From Ignavibacteriota bacterium (lineage in GTDB: Bacteria > Bacteroidota > Ignavibacteria > UBA10030), in NCBI GenBank assembly GCA_963701295.1, contig OY969585.1, forward strand, positions 2,368,001 to 2,432,000: 64,000 nucleotides of DNA. Direction: 5' to 3'. Positions 10,509-20,373 of the stretch are shown piece by piece; the stretch's first letter is position 1; the number at the start of each line of letters is the position of its first letter. The notes under the pieces are model-generated. The model was not told the origin of the DNA, did not search any database, and saw only the letters and a list, made by a program, of their open reading frames with translations. A program made the translations under genes and the position numbers.

Positions 10509-10936
10509 ATTCCCTATGGCGGATCGTTTTCTAAATTTTTGTTTGTATTTAGAAAAAGGTCATTATATGCTCCATTTATAGGCTATTGCGCAGTCTTTGC
10601 AAGCAACAAAAATATCTCTTGCATTTGAAATTGAAAGTATTTACTTTTTTGCCAGCTGTTTACGAACGCCGGCTTGTCCGCCATAATTAGCTTATCTCCT
10701 GATAGCGGATGGACAATCCCGAAAACAGCTCCGACGCCGACGAATTCCTGATAGAAATTTTCTGAATACACACTGATCTGCCGCATGATGGTTTACGGTG
10801 GACGAATGTGTTCCAGCAATGTTCCTTAAAGGGGAAAATCTTTTCGTGCCAATGCTTTTTCGTTATTTTGAGGAATACGCCAAAGAGGTTAGACAACTTC
10901 GCGAAATTATGACGAACCAATATAGGAGGGAATTTT

Positions 10937-12190
10937 ATGCGTAAACGATTTAAGTATGATAAACCGATAACACCCACAATTTCAACAGTCCTCAAGTGTA
11001 TCTTATTAACCTTCATAGTCTTGTCTATCACTAGTTGCTATTCATGGTGGGTAGGGGAAAAGAATACAAACTGGGGAGGGAAAAATCCTCAGATAGATAC
11101 AACTAGGCGCCAGAAAATATATAGTGATCTAAAGCGTGGTTCGAAAGACTGGGTTGATGCTGCCCACGAATATTATGGCGATACCTATGACGATAAGTTA
11201 CCGGACCTAATTGTTTCCATTGACTCATTAAATGAAATTAGTGCATCGTTAATTCAACGAAGTGATTCCCAAAGTGTGCTGTATGGAGAGAATAAGTTTT
11301 GGGTGCTTATCATCAGCAAAATCCAATATCCGGTTGTCCGCCGAGATACAGTATCACTTCCGCAGAAAATTGTTGTCACAAGCGACAAATCCACCTTACA
11401 CCACGTAAAAGACGTGAATACCGCTGATTCTGTCTATGTAAAATATGACACCACTACTACCACGGAGAAAGATGTGTCGCCTCCATATTCACTTCAAGTA
11501 AGCAGAGAAGTCCTCTATTACTCTCGTGGGCCAAGAGAACTTTCGATATCGAATATCATAGGAGGGATTCTTGCTATATTCAAAGTGAATATAGCACCAT
11601 CCGATAACTCGTCGAAGGCTCCGAGTGATTCCGTAGTGTTTGTTAACTTACAGCCCTTGGGTAATGAAAAGGATAGTTCAAAGTTAAAGTACCCATTATA
11701 TGGCATCAATGCCGGTATAAACCTTTTTCCTGACACATACAACCGCGTTGCTATTCATTCCAGTGACACAACAAAATATTCATACAATTTCAACTTCATT
11801 AATACGGAAAGCATTCTTTTTAATACGAGTATCGGTGTTGGTCTAACACTTTGGGGGGTGCAGGACTCCCTTGTGCACCGACCTTCATTTCTTTTCCTGG
11901 GGAATATAAATCTTTGGCATTCGCATGCGCCGATTGATTCCAGAAGTCTTAGTCTATCCTTCGGGATTTCACCAACTAGTTTGGACGATATTTTCTCAAA
12001 GCTTTTTCTAGGAGGCAGAGTGAGCTTGGGATATTTTGAGAATGTAATCGGACGTGCCACCGAAGGTAAAACTAAGTACGAGTATTCCGACCACACGTCC
12101 ATCTTGGGTGAAAGCGGTTTGATATTTGGAATTGTCACTGGGCATCGCATCAAACCGCTAGTTTTAATTGGAATTGACTTTAGACTCTGA
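10937..12190 (+). CDS. Hypothetical lipoprotein
   Basis: AGGAGG RBS; lipobox ITSC; C-terminal beta-strand-like DFRL. Confidence 0.7.
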   Translation: MRKRFKYDKPITPTISTVLKCILLTFIVLSITSCYSWWVGEKNTNWGGKNPQIDTTRRQKIYSDLKRGSKDWVDAAHEYYGDTYDDKLPDLIVSIDSLNEISASLIQRSDSQSVLYGENKFWVLIISKIQYPVVRRDTVSLPQKIVVTSDKSTLHHVKDVNTADSVYVKYDTTTTTEKDVSPPYSLQVSREVLYYSRGPRELSISNIIGGILAIFKVNIAPSDNSSKAPSDSVVFVNLQPLGNEKDSSKLKYPLYGINAGINLFPDTYNRVAIHSSDTTKYSYNFNFINTESILFNTSIGVGLTLWGVQDSLVHRPSFLFLGNINLWHSHAPIDSRSLSLSFGISPTSLDDIFSKLFLGGRVSLGYFENVIGRATEGKTKYEYSDHTSILGESGLIFGIVTGHRIKPLVLIGIDFRL

Positions 12191-12318
12191 AATAGATGAC
12201 AAAGGAGAATTGCTTATTTTATACTATAGTGATTTTTGAAAACCTCATCTATATGGGAATATCAAATCATTGCATACAACAGATTTGCTTTCATCGCAAC
12301 TAAATTAGGAGGAGAGAA

Positions 12319-12960
12319 ATGAAAACAAAAGTTATGTTATGTTTGCTTATTGGCTTGTTAGTATCAAGCTTTGCAAATCGTTCGGTTGCCCAAGTTCCTG
12401 TAAACCAGGACAAGATTGCTATTCCTGCTGCTATTCCTCAACATGCAGATCATTCGAATCAACAATCGACAGCTCCTGTACCTTGGTGGATAATTCCAAT
12501 TTATGTGATTGCAATAATAATACTTGCAGGCTTTCCAGAGATCTTGGATATATTAATGGCGTATCGATCAAAAAACAAGGCACAAGACATCTCAAAAAGG
12601 TTAATAGAGTATAAACTAGGAATCGATAAGGAAAGCGGAAAAGGGCTTTCGAGCACACAAGGGCTTTCTCGAATCAAGACTCTTGGAAAATTAGAGTTTG
12701 ATGAACTGAGGGAATTCATAAAGGAAAGTGAAAAATCACCTCCGGGCATTCAGGGTCTTACTCGGGGCATTATCGCTGTTACTGTAATAGTGGTCTTAGG
12801 TATAGCCGTGTTTCATATATTAGTTTACGGTATTCCTGAGAATGATTCCCCAATCATTAACAATATCTTGAGCATGTTTGCAGGGCTTTTAGCTGCTATA
12901 ACTGGGTTCTACTTTGGTGTTAGACAGGCGGAAGAGAAAGTGAAGACGAAAACGGATTAA
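12319..12960 (+). CDS. Hypothetical membrane protein
   Basis: RBS, signal peptide, 3 TM segments, GFYFG end. Confidence 0.75.
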   Translation: MKTKVMLCLLIGLLVSSFANRSVAQVPVNQDKIAIPAAIPQHADHSNQQSTAPVPWWIIPIYVIAIIILAGFPEILDILMAYRSKNKAQDISKRLIEYKLGIDKESGKGLSSTQGLSRIKTLGKLEFDELREFIKESEKSPPGIQGLTRGIIAVTVIVVLGIAVFHILVYGIPENDSPIINNILSMFAGLLAAITGFYFGVRQAEEKVKTKTD

Positions 12961-13166
12961 ATAATTGAGAGGAAAACTGCACTGTCCCAATTGCCTGTTA
13001 GAAATAAACGCGACTCATTTTGAGGTGTGGGAGTCAGAGGGGTCTGGAGTGAAGAAGACTGTTGAAGAAACTCCTATCGAAAATTTAAGAATCTTAATTA
13101 TTCTAAAGAAAATCCGTAAATATTAGTAGCCAAAAACATTAATCCAATAATAAATAGTTTATAAAA

Positions 13167-13295
13167 GGGGGTAAGTTGATATCAATCCCCCGATGATATC
13201 AAAGGCTATTTTTCAGTAGCATTACTGTGTTGGCGCTCGGTGATTTTTTACCCCCTCCCCCTTGACCCTGACATTTAAGCGTCGGGTTTTTTATT
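13167..13295 (+). ncRNA. Putative cloverleaf RNA plus terminator, copy 1
   Basis: Four stems with compensatory changes relative to 55472-55600. Confidence 0.5.
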
Positions 13296-13407
13296 CGCTA
13301 TTGGAAAGTAGATATTGTAGGTTTTAGTTAGATGTATTGGGTTTTGGGGACTTGTGGGAGTGGTCACTCAATGTATCAATCCTTTTTGTTCCCATTGTTA
13401 TTAATGT

Positions 13408-13433
13408 GGCAGCTTAGCCGCTATCCGTTAGGC
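13408..13433 (+). repeat. attC right half
   Basis: GGCAGCTTAG..GTTAGGC. Confidence 0.75.
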
Positions 13434-13470
13434 GGCATACCAATCCATAATAAGAAAGAACAATTACAAG

Positions 13471-13989
13471 ATGAAAATTACAGGTAAGGTTGTCGCCCTT
13501 ATAGTCGGTGCGTCATTGGCTATTTCAATCATCATAGATTACTCAATTATACAACATCAGTTACCTTGGCTACACAGGATACTGGCTATAGAGGTTATCA
13601 TCACACATTGGGCGGGAGGAGACATAACAATACCACGACTCTCGCTACTTCCTCTTTTGGCTATTCCTTCAATCGTAATGGTTCTTATGTTTGTTCCCTA
13701 CACCTCTCTCCACAATCGTGAATCTTGGAGAGCGTTCGGAGTCAAACTCAAAACTATATTTCGCACTTGCTTTTGGGTTCTTGTTCTTTTAATCGTTGGC
13801 GAATTAATCTTCCTTTTTGCTAAGAAGTATTTGCTTGATGCAATAGGGCAGCTCCCAAAAATATTGTCGGTCGGACTTAAATTGTATTCATTTGATTTTC
13901 GATTTCTTTCTATCACCTTTACACCGGCAGGTATCATTGGAATGCTTGTCGGGATGTGGATATGGTATCGGACAGGCATCAAGAAATAA
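13471..13989 (+). CDS. Hypothetical membrane protein (cassette)
   Basis: 4 TM; bounded by GTTAGGCGGCATA/TATGCCACCTAAC. Confidence 0.75.
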   Translation: MKITGKVVALIVGASLAISIIIDYSIIQHQLPWLHRILAIEVIITHWAGGDITIPRLSLLPLLAIPSIVMVLMFVPYTSLHNRESWRAFGVKLKTIFRTCFWVLVLLIVGELIFLFAKKYLLDAIGQLPKILSVGLKLYSFDFRFLSITFTPAGIIGMLVGMWIWYRTGIKK

Positions 13990-14021
13990 TCTAGACCGAA
14001 TGTGATTATCGCCGATATGCC

Positions 14022-14145
14022 ACCTAACCATTTTAAAAAGAAAAGAGTCAAGTACATAACATTCTCCCGATGCGTCCCACAGAGTGGGATTCAAGTGTTA
14101 ACAACTGAACATAACCGGCAAAGAGCGATGATATAAGCCGCAACT
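14022..14145 (-). mobile_element. attC R'' followed by an orphan IS110 end
   Basis: ACCTAAC+CATTTTAAAAAGAAAAGAGTCAAG...CTCCCGATGCG, as in the full elements. Confidence 0.8.
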
Positions 14146-14203
14146 TCGTTAAAGTTACATTCTTTTTGAGTCAATGCGGATGAAGGATTACGAAAAAGTG
14201 TTC

Positions 14204-14232
14204 TTGACTTCAATTCTATCATTTTGTATACT
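14204..14232 (+). promoter_or_regulatory. Sigma70-like promoter
   Basis: TTGACT-N17-TATACT. Confidence 0.65.
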
Positions 14233-14301
14233 TCGCGGGTCGAAATGACACTGCAATAAAGCAGTTGCTCAATCATTTTACTAACCACAGGAGGATGTAC
14301 T

Positions 14302-14670
14302 ATGAAACACATCGCAATTATCGCTGCATGCCGCGTTCTCTTTTGCGCCTTCGGCGTAGTCGCACACAGCCAGGAAATCCAGGTGGGAACATTCAGCATC
14401 ACGCCTACTATAGAAGGCTATTCGCTGAACAACGGAAGCGGTGATCGAACCGTATCGGTTGAAGTGGCTTTCCCGAAGCCGTTCGAAGTAAAACCGGATA
14501 TCGTATTGAATCTCAACTCTATCGATGTAGACAAGACGGCTAATCTGCGCATCTCGATGAAACCTGTTTCGATCTCGCGCGACGGATTTACGATCCAAGT
14601 GAAAACGTGGGCAGATTCGAAGATCAATCTAGTCGGCGGCACATGGATTGCAGTTGCTCAGAAAAAGTAA
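14302..14670 (+). CDS. Secreted H-type lectin domain protein
   Basis: Signal peptide; VAFPKPFEVKP, NLRI, GFTIQVKTWADS. Confidence 0.8.
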   Translation: MKHIAIIAACRVLFCAFGVVAHSQEIQVGTFSITPTIEGYSLNNGSGDRTVSVEVAFPKPFEVKPDIVLNLNSIDVDKTANLRISMKPVSISRDGFTIQVKTWADSKINLVGGTWIAVAQKK

Positions 14671-14749
14671 CGCAGCATCTGTTTCTTTGAATGTAGAGGG
14701 TTTGGGTCGCTTGGCATCAGCGACCCATTTTTTTTATCTACCGACAATT

Positions 14750-14859
14750 CATGGCGAGCTTAGGTTTAGTACAGAATTGAAAGTTATCAGTATGAACTTG
14801 TTTCGTTGGGTGCATTTTGCAAATTATCAGCGCTGCAGCTTAACGCCAGTTCGTTAGGG
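14750..14859 (+). repeat. attC, 5'-truncated
   Basis: CATGGCGAGC...ATGAACTTGTTTCGTT...GCAGCTTAA..GTTAGGG. Confidence 0.8.
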
Positions 14860-14937
14860 CGCACGAACAGAGATTTAATAACGACTATATTTATAAATAA
14901 CTATCTTAAGTACAATTGATAAAATATTGAGAAAATA

Positions 14938-15639
14938 ATGACTGAAATTGGAAAAAGTAAAATCGCATTCAAATTGGAATTGATTTTTAAGGCATTGTTG
15001 TTTTGTATTTTGTCTGTAATATTTTTTGGTTTACCGCTTTTCTTGTCTGCTGGTAACATACAATTCTGGAATGCATGGTTGTTTCTAGAGGCATTTTCCA
15101 TTCCTGTGTTCCTTATTTTTATTTACTTGTCTATAAAGAATCCGGATCTATTTGAAAAGAGAATGAAAACAAATGAAAAAGAAGTATCACAAAATGTATA
15201 TAAAACTCTTTTGGCGTTTGTTTTCATTATATCGCTTGTAGTTTCCGGTTTCGACTATAGATACCATTTGTCGACGGTTCCAATATTGGTTGTTAGCATT
15301 TTCACAATAGTAATGCTATGTGGATTATTAATGCTCTTCATCGTTATGAAACAGAACAGTTATGCGTCGCGCGTAGTGGAAATTCAAGAGGGGCAGAAAC
15401 TAATAGACACCGGATTATATTCTGTTGTTCGGCATCCGATGTATCTGGCATTTTCAATTATCTTCTGCTTTTCACCATTTGTTTTGGGGTCATTTTATGC
15501 TCTCATCCCGATAGTATTCATGCCTTTGCTTATCGCCATGAGAATAAAAAATGAAGAGATAATATTACAAAGAGGATTAAAAGGATATGACTCATATATG
15601 AAGAAAGTAAAATATCGTTTGATACCTTATATCTGGTAA
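14938..15639 (+). CDS. Isoprenylcysteine carboxyl methyltransferase family protein
   Basis: TGLYSVVRHPMY, RIKNEE, YRLIPYIW. Confidence 0.9.
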   Translation: MTEIGKSKIAFKLELIFKALLFCILSVIFFGLPLFLSAGNIQFWNAWLFLEAFSIPVFLIFIYLSIKNPDLFEKRMKTNEKEVSQNVYKTLLAFVFIISLVVSGFDYRYHLSTVPILVVSIFTIVMLCGLLMLFIVMKQNSYASRVVEIQEGQKLIDTGLYSVVRHPMYLAFSIIFCFSPFVLGSFYALIPIVFMPLLIAMRIKNEEIILQRGLKGYDSYMKKVKYRLIPYIW

Positions 15640-15741
15640 AATGAAAACCACTAAGGTGCTAAATTGGGATAATATAAATAGTATCCCAGTGTTTAAATAT
15701 AATAACGTACGGTATCTTTAAATTATTCTTCGGTAGTTACA

Positions 15742-16568
15742 ATGAGTAACGAATTGAATCTCAACTCAAAAGAAAAACTATATTATTACTTGACATTAGT
15801 TTCTATTGGGACAATGTCATACATAATCGCAGATATTGCCTATGAAGCAATAGGACATGGAGGAGCATGTTTAATTGCAGGTGGAAAAATTACTTTGCTG
15901 ACTTCTGTTTATTTTAGAAGTGAGACACATAGTTTTATTACAGACACTTTTGGACCGCTTGCTAACCTTGCAATGGGATTGCTACTTTGGACACTGCTGC
16001 GAAGAGCAAATCACTTTAAAGCCTATTCTCAATTGCTACTATTGCATACCATGACATTCAACTTGTTTTGGTTTTTCATGGCTATGTTTTTACGCAGGCA
16101 TAACGAATAAAGGCGATTTTTGCATTTGATATTAGAGGAGCTATTGAACTTCTGACATGGAGAATATTATTAATAGTTATTGGTTTTTTCTCTTATCGTA
16201 TCTTTTTTTATTTAATTGTTAGTGCAGCCCTAAAAATATTCAACACCTTTAGAAATAGTTCTTTAACACGTCGATTATGGCAATTATTTCTATATCCGTA
16301 TTTGTCACCAGGAGTTTCAACATTAATTGCAGTTTCATTTTTTAGCCCACGTTCAATTGACACTTTTATAGAAGCAATTAACTTTCCAATGTTCTTCCCA
16401 CTGCTATTAACACCAAGATATTTACGAAAATCTGATAAATATTTTCATCGGGAGACGAACAATTTAAATCAACCTTTCTTAACTAAACAACAACTGAATT
16501 TTAATTTCTATGGCGTAATCATATTTATAATATTTTGTTGGACAATGGGACGTGGAATACGTTTTTGA
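15742..16568 (+). pseudogene. Frameshifted membrane protein (M50-like region)
   Basis: Hydrophobic fragments in different frames; YEAIGHG, GPLANL. Confidence 0.55.
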
Positions 16569-16582
16569 TTTATTGGCAAGTG

Positions 16583-16737
16583 GTATAACCGGCTGTTTAA
16601 GTTAACCGGAAAAACGTGAGTGCATTAAGAATGGTGCGAATATGTTTCGTATATTTTGAAGGCTATAATCTTGAACTCGTTTCGTTATCAGCAACTTGAT
16701 AATTATCAACGCCGCAGCTTAGCGCCGGTCGTTAGGC
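16583..16737 (+). repeat. attC site (left arm degenerate)
   Basis: GTATAAC...CGCAGCTTAG..GTTAGGC. Confidence 0.8.
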
Positions 16738-16760
16738 GGCATTCTTAAATAAGGAGAAAT

Positions 16761-16964
16761 ATGAAAATGAGAACTTTGAGTTTTATTCTTATGATTATTA
16801 GCTCGCTATGCTATTTGATTATCATGGGAGTTATCATTAGGGCTGGAGAAGCTTCTGGTTATCTTTTGTATCTTAATATTATCTTTGGATTATTATTTAT
16901 TGTACTAGCTTGGTATAGGTTTTATAAAAACAGACCGAAGAAAGAAACACAATCGATTAAATAA
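16761..16964 (+). CDS. Small 2-TM protein (cassette)
   Basis: AAGGAG RBS; complementary cassette ends. Confidence 0.75.
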   Translation: MKMRTLSFILMIISSLCYLIIMGVIIRAGEASGYLLYLNIIFGLLFIVLAWYRFYKNRPKKETQSIK

Positions 16965-16974
16965 TTTAAATGCC

Positions 16975-17114
16975 ACCTAACCATTTTAAAAAGGAAAGAG
17001 TCAAGTAAATAGTAATCTCCCGATGCGTTCCGCAATAGTGATGTGAATGAACTTATTTCGTTATGTGTATATTGAAAATCATCGGCGCCGCAGCTTAGCG
17101 CCGTTCCGTTAGAA
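16975..17114 (+). repeat. attC fused to an orphan IS110 end
   Basis: ACCTAAC + IS end (16982-~17045) + attC right half GTTAGAA. Confidence 0.85.
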
Positions 17115-17185
17115 CGCACAGACAGTTTACGGTAAATTCATATAAATAAATTGCAACTATTTTGTTTACACCATTGGAGAAGAAT

Positions 17186-18307
17186 ATGAATAATCGCATA
17201 ATCCTTTTTTTCGTTACGGTCATTATAATAGTTGTATTCAGTATCAACGCTCTAAATGCCTGCACGACATTTGTCATCCATCAGAAGAACCATTTACTTT
17301 TCGGACGAAATCTTGATTGGCCAACTGGAACAGGTCTTGTTATGATCAACCAAAGGAATCTTGAAAAAGTAGCCCTTGTTGATTCGTCCGAAAAACCTGC
17401 CAAATGGATTTCCAAATTCGGAAGTATCACGTTTAATCAAGTCGGAAGAGACTTGCCATACGGTGGTATGAACGAAAACGGCCTCGTAATGGAACAAATG
17501 ACATTAGATCAAACAGTGTACCCTTCCAGAGATAACCGATCCGGAATAGGTGCATGTCAATGGATACAGTATCAACTGGATAATTACTCTACCATTGAAG
17601 AAGTTATTCAAAGCAATACAATATTGAGAATTGTCGATGGCATTTCGAAACTCCATTTTCTAGTTTGTGATCGATCCGGCCACACAGTATCCATAGAGTT
17701 TCTCAACGGCAAAATGGTATGCCATACCGAAAGTGACCTTCCCGTTCAGGTGTTAGCCAATAGTACGTATGCAGAATCGATGATTTGTTACAACGACAAT
17801 GGCGATACACAATCTAACCGGTCACTCTATAATTTCGTCACCGCTGCACATCAAGTCAAGCACCCTGATTTTCCAGACGATACTTCAGCTATTTCCTATG
17901 CTTTCAGCGTATTACATTCCGTTAGTCAGGGTCTTGCTACAAAATGGAGCATTGTTTACGATATTACAAACATGAAGATACACTTCAAGATCTTTGAAAC
18001 ACCTACCATTGTTTGTGAACAAAAGATTTTCACCAAGCAACCGCCGTATGATCCAGTAACGAAGATTGTAGATTTCAAAGGATTGAATTTTGATTGCTCT
18101 GCGAAGATGAAAGTTCTCGATTTGAATTGTGATATCGAAGGGATAGTGAATCAGTCCCTGACAAACTATTCTACAGATATTAACAAGGAATTCATTGCAA
18201 AGGCTTTTACCTTCTTCAAGAACTGGGGAATACCTATTGAATTGAAGGAGCAGGAATTAGTCTATCTAGCAAAGTATCCCGAATCATTTAGATGTGTTAC
18301 GAAATAG
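17186..18307 (+). CDS. Linear amide C-N hydrolase (choloylglycine hydrolase/penicillin V acylase family)
   Basis: Signal peptide then CTTF; GRNLDW; GGMNENGL. Confidence 0.9.
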   Translation: MNNRIILFFVTVIIIVVFSINALNACTTFVIHQKNHLLFGRNLDWPTGTGLVMINQRNLEKVALVDSSEKPAKWISKFGSITFNQVGRDLPYGGMNENGLVMEQMTLDQTVYPSRDNRSGIGACQWIQYQLDNYSTIEEVIQSNTILRIVDGISKLHFLVCDRSGHTVSIEFLNGKMVCHTESDLPVQVLANSTYAESMICYNDNGDTQSNRSLYNFVTAAHQVKHPDFPDDTSAISYAFSVLHSVSQGLATKWSIVYDITNMKIHFKIFETPTIVCEQKIFTKQPPYDPVTKIVDFKGLNFDCSAKMKVLDLNCDIEGIVNQSLTNYSTDINKEFIAKAFTFFKNWGIPIELKEQELVYLAKYPESFRCVTK

Positions 18308-18344
18308 TATTTATGCTTGGTATTTGGATATTTATATACGTGCG

Positions 18345-18655
18345 CCCTAACCAGGCGCTCAAGCTGACGGTTGCCAGCTGGCAGTAACCCAATCAGAAAA
18401 ATTCTAATCACGTTCATCACATTTAAGAGGAGATGATAATGCACAATTTCTTTGAACCAATCCTAATTCTTATCATTCTTTTAATCGTTGTTGGTCCAAT
18501 CGGATTTATGCGCTATAGACTTTTCATACGCTTTATCCAAGTACAAGAGTCAATCGCACAGAGTTTGCAAAAACTTGTTGAGAATCAAACGAAAGCCAAA
18601 TAACCTCTATTTAGGTTTCAAGTATAATGCGGCAGCTTAGCGCCGGTCCTTAGGC
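18345..18655 (+). repeat. attC halves separated by a small ORF
   Basis: CCCTAAC..CTCAAGCTGACG ... GCAGCTTAG..CTTAGGC. Confidence 0.75.
18439..18603 (+). CDS. 54-aa single-TM protein (not in ORF track)
   Basis: GAGGAG RBS; MHNFFEPILILIILLIVVGPIGFMRYRLF...KAK*. Confidence 0.6.
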   Translation: MHNFFEPILILIILLIVVGPIGFMRYRLFIRFIQVQESIAQSLQKLVENQTKAK

Positions 18656-18717
18656 GGCCCAGGCGCAAACAAACAGTAGGAGAAAACCATGATTCTTATA
18701 CTCGAAGGAGATAGCAA

Positions 18718-19521
18718 TTGACCGATTGGAGCACAGGAAACTGCGAAACGAACGGAATTAACATACACTACACAAGAACTGGAGGAAGCAAGCCCCCTAT
18801 AATTTTGCTACACGGATTAACTGCTAATGGAGCCTGCTGGGCTGCGTTGGCCCATGCTATAGAGGGAGATTATGACGTAATCATGCCGGATGCCAGAGGC
18901 CATGGCAAGTCGAGTGTGCCTAACTATGGGTACCGATACGAAGACCTTGCAAACGATGTCGTTGGTCTTATATGGGCTCTACGACTTTCGCCTCCGATCC
19001 TCATCGGACACTCCATGGGAGGTATGATTGCCGCCGTGGTGGCAAGTCATAACCCAGAGCTTCTTCGTTGTCTAATCTTAGCTGATCCAACGTTCTTGAG
19101 TCCAAAAGTTCAGCGCGAAATACGAGACAGCGACGTGGCAGATAGGCATCGGCGATATCTCAATATGTCATTGGATGACGTCGTGGCAGAAGCACGGATT
19201 AGACACCCTGATCGGTCATTAGATACAATCGAGCTGATCGCCCGGGCACGACTTCAAACCAGTATGGGCGCTTTCGACGTTCTCACGCCACCGAACCCTG
19301 ACTATGTGCAGGTAGTCAGTGCCATTGAAGTTCCAAGCCTACTTGTGATTGGTGGTTCAGCAGGCGTGGTTTCGCCTGATGTTGCCGCAGATCTGCAACG
19401 TCTTAATCCGCGACTTCAAGTTGAACAAATTCCGGAAGTCGGCCACGGGCTCCATTATGACCAGCCTGAGCGATTTGCGGTTGTCGTCAAATCCTTCTTA
19501 CGTTCAATTGGCGCCACCTAA
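18718..19521 (+). CDS. Alpha/beta hydrolase
   Basis: LLHG, DARGHG, GHSMGG; stop codon lies within R''. Confidence 0.92.
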   Translation: MTDWSTGNCETNGINIHYTRTGGSKPPIILLHGLTANGACWAALAHAIEGDYDVIMPDARGHGKSSVPNYGYRYEDLANDVVGLIWALRLSPPILIGHSMGGMIAAVVASHNPELLRCLILADPTFLSPKVQREIRDSDVADRHRRYLNMSLDDVVAEARIRHPDRSLDTIELIARARLQTSMGAFDVLTPPNPDYVQVVSAIEVPSLLVIGGSAGVVSPDVAADLQRLNPRLQVEQIPEVGHGLHYDQPERFAVVVKSFLRSIGAT

Positions 19522-19565
19522 CCATTTTAAAAAGGAATAATATTCTCCTGATGGGTTCCGCAAGG
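19516..19565 (-). mobile_element. attC R'' followed by an orphan IS110 end
   Basis: ACCTAAC+CATTTTAAAAAGGAA. Confidence 0.75.
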
Positions 19566-19568
19566 TCG

Positions 19569-19756
19569 TTTTGCCATCTCGCCAGATGCCTTTAGGGTTG
19601 TGACAGTATGGCGAAATGTCGAATATGGGACCCAAGAGCCTCAATCCCGTGACTCCGGAGGGATCGTTATGGTTGCTTCTACTTCGAGATAGGAGAGAAA
19701 TCAATCTAAACCGAAAAGGAAAGTGGTTTTGCTATAATTTTTTCTGGAATAATTTT
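19569..19756. repeat. Unclassified ~180-bp repeat, copy 2
   Basis: Homologous to 10329-10508. Confidence 0.8.
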
Positions 19757-20023
19757 AGTGTCTCTCAGGGCTTTTTCTTGACTCTTTTAAAATGATTATG
19801 TAACGTCTTGCATACTTAGCAGTTGGGAAGAAGTAGAAGCGGAGACGTATGGTTCCCCTAGCTTGTTCCTTCAGCTTTGGCGCCAAAACGTATCCTGATA
19901 AGAGTATAGAGAAGTATACGAATGAAATTAGCTTTGTCAACCCAGCTAATTGTTAGGTCAAATTATGCAGTCTAACATACGAAAAACTCATGTTAGACTG
20001 TAATATGCAATCCAATCTTCCCA

Positions 20024-20230
20024 ATGGAAGAAACTGAAATATTTGCTCAAGAAGCCGCTGATGTTGGCGCGCAGGCGATTAAGCAAGGTGTTGCGCGAAT
20101 TCAACTCAGTCATCAAGAAATTTACGATACAACACTTCGCGATATAAAAGAGGCTCGCAGTATATTAGATTTGTTAATGAAAGAAAATTTTATTAAAAAC
20201 CCGATATTGCATTTATCGAAGAAGCAGTGA
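20024..20230 (+). pseudogene. C-terminal fragment of a malic enzyme-like protein
   Basis: EAADVGAQAIKQGVAR resembles the malic enzyme C-terminus. Confidence 0.55.
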
Positions 20231-20373
20231 AAAAGGCAATTGAATCAGTTACATAAATCTATAGATAATGCATAGAAAATCGTTTTCTACTATATTGAAA
20301 CAAAACTGAAAATGATACAATTAATTATTCGTATTTGAAATACGAATTGTATTAGTATAAGACGAGGTGTAAT

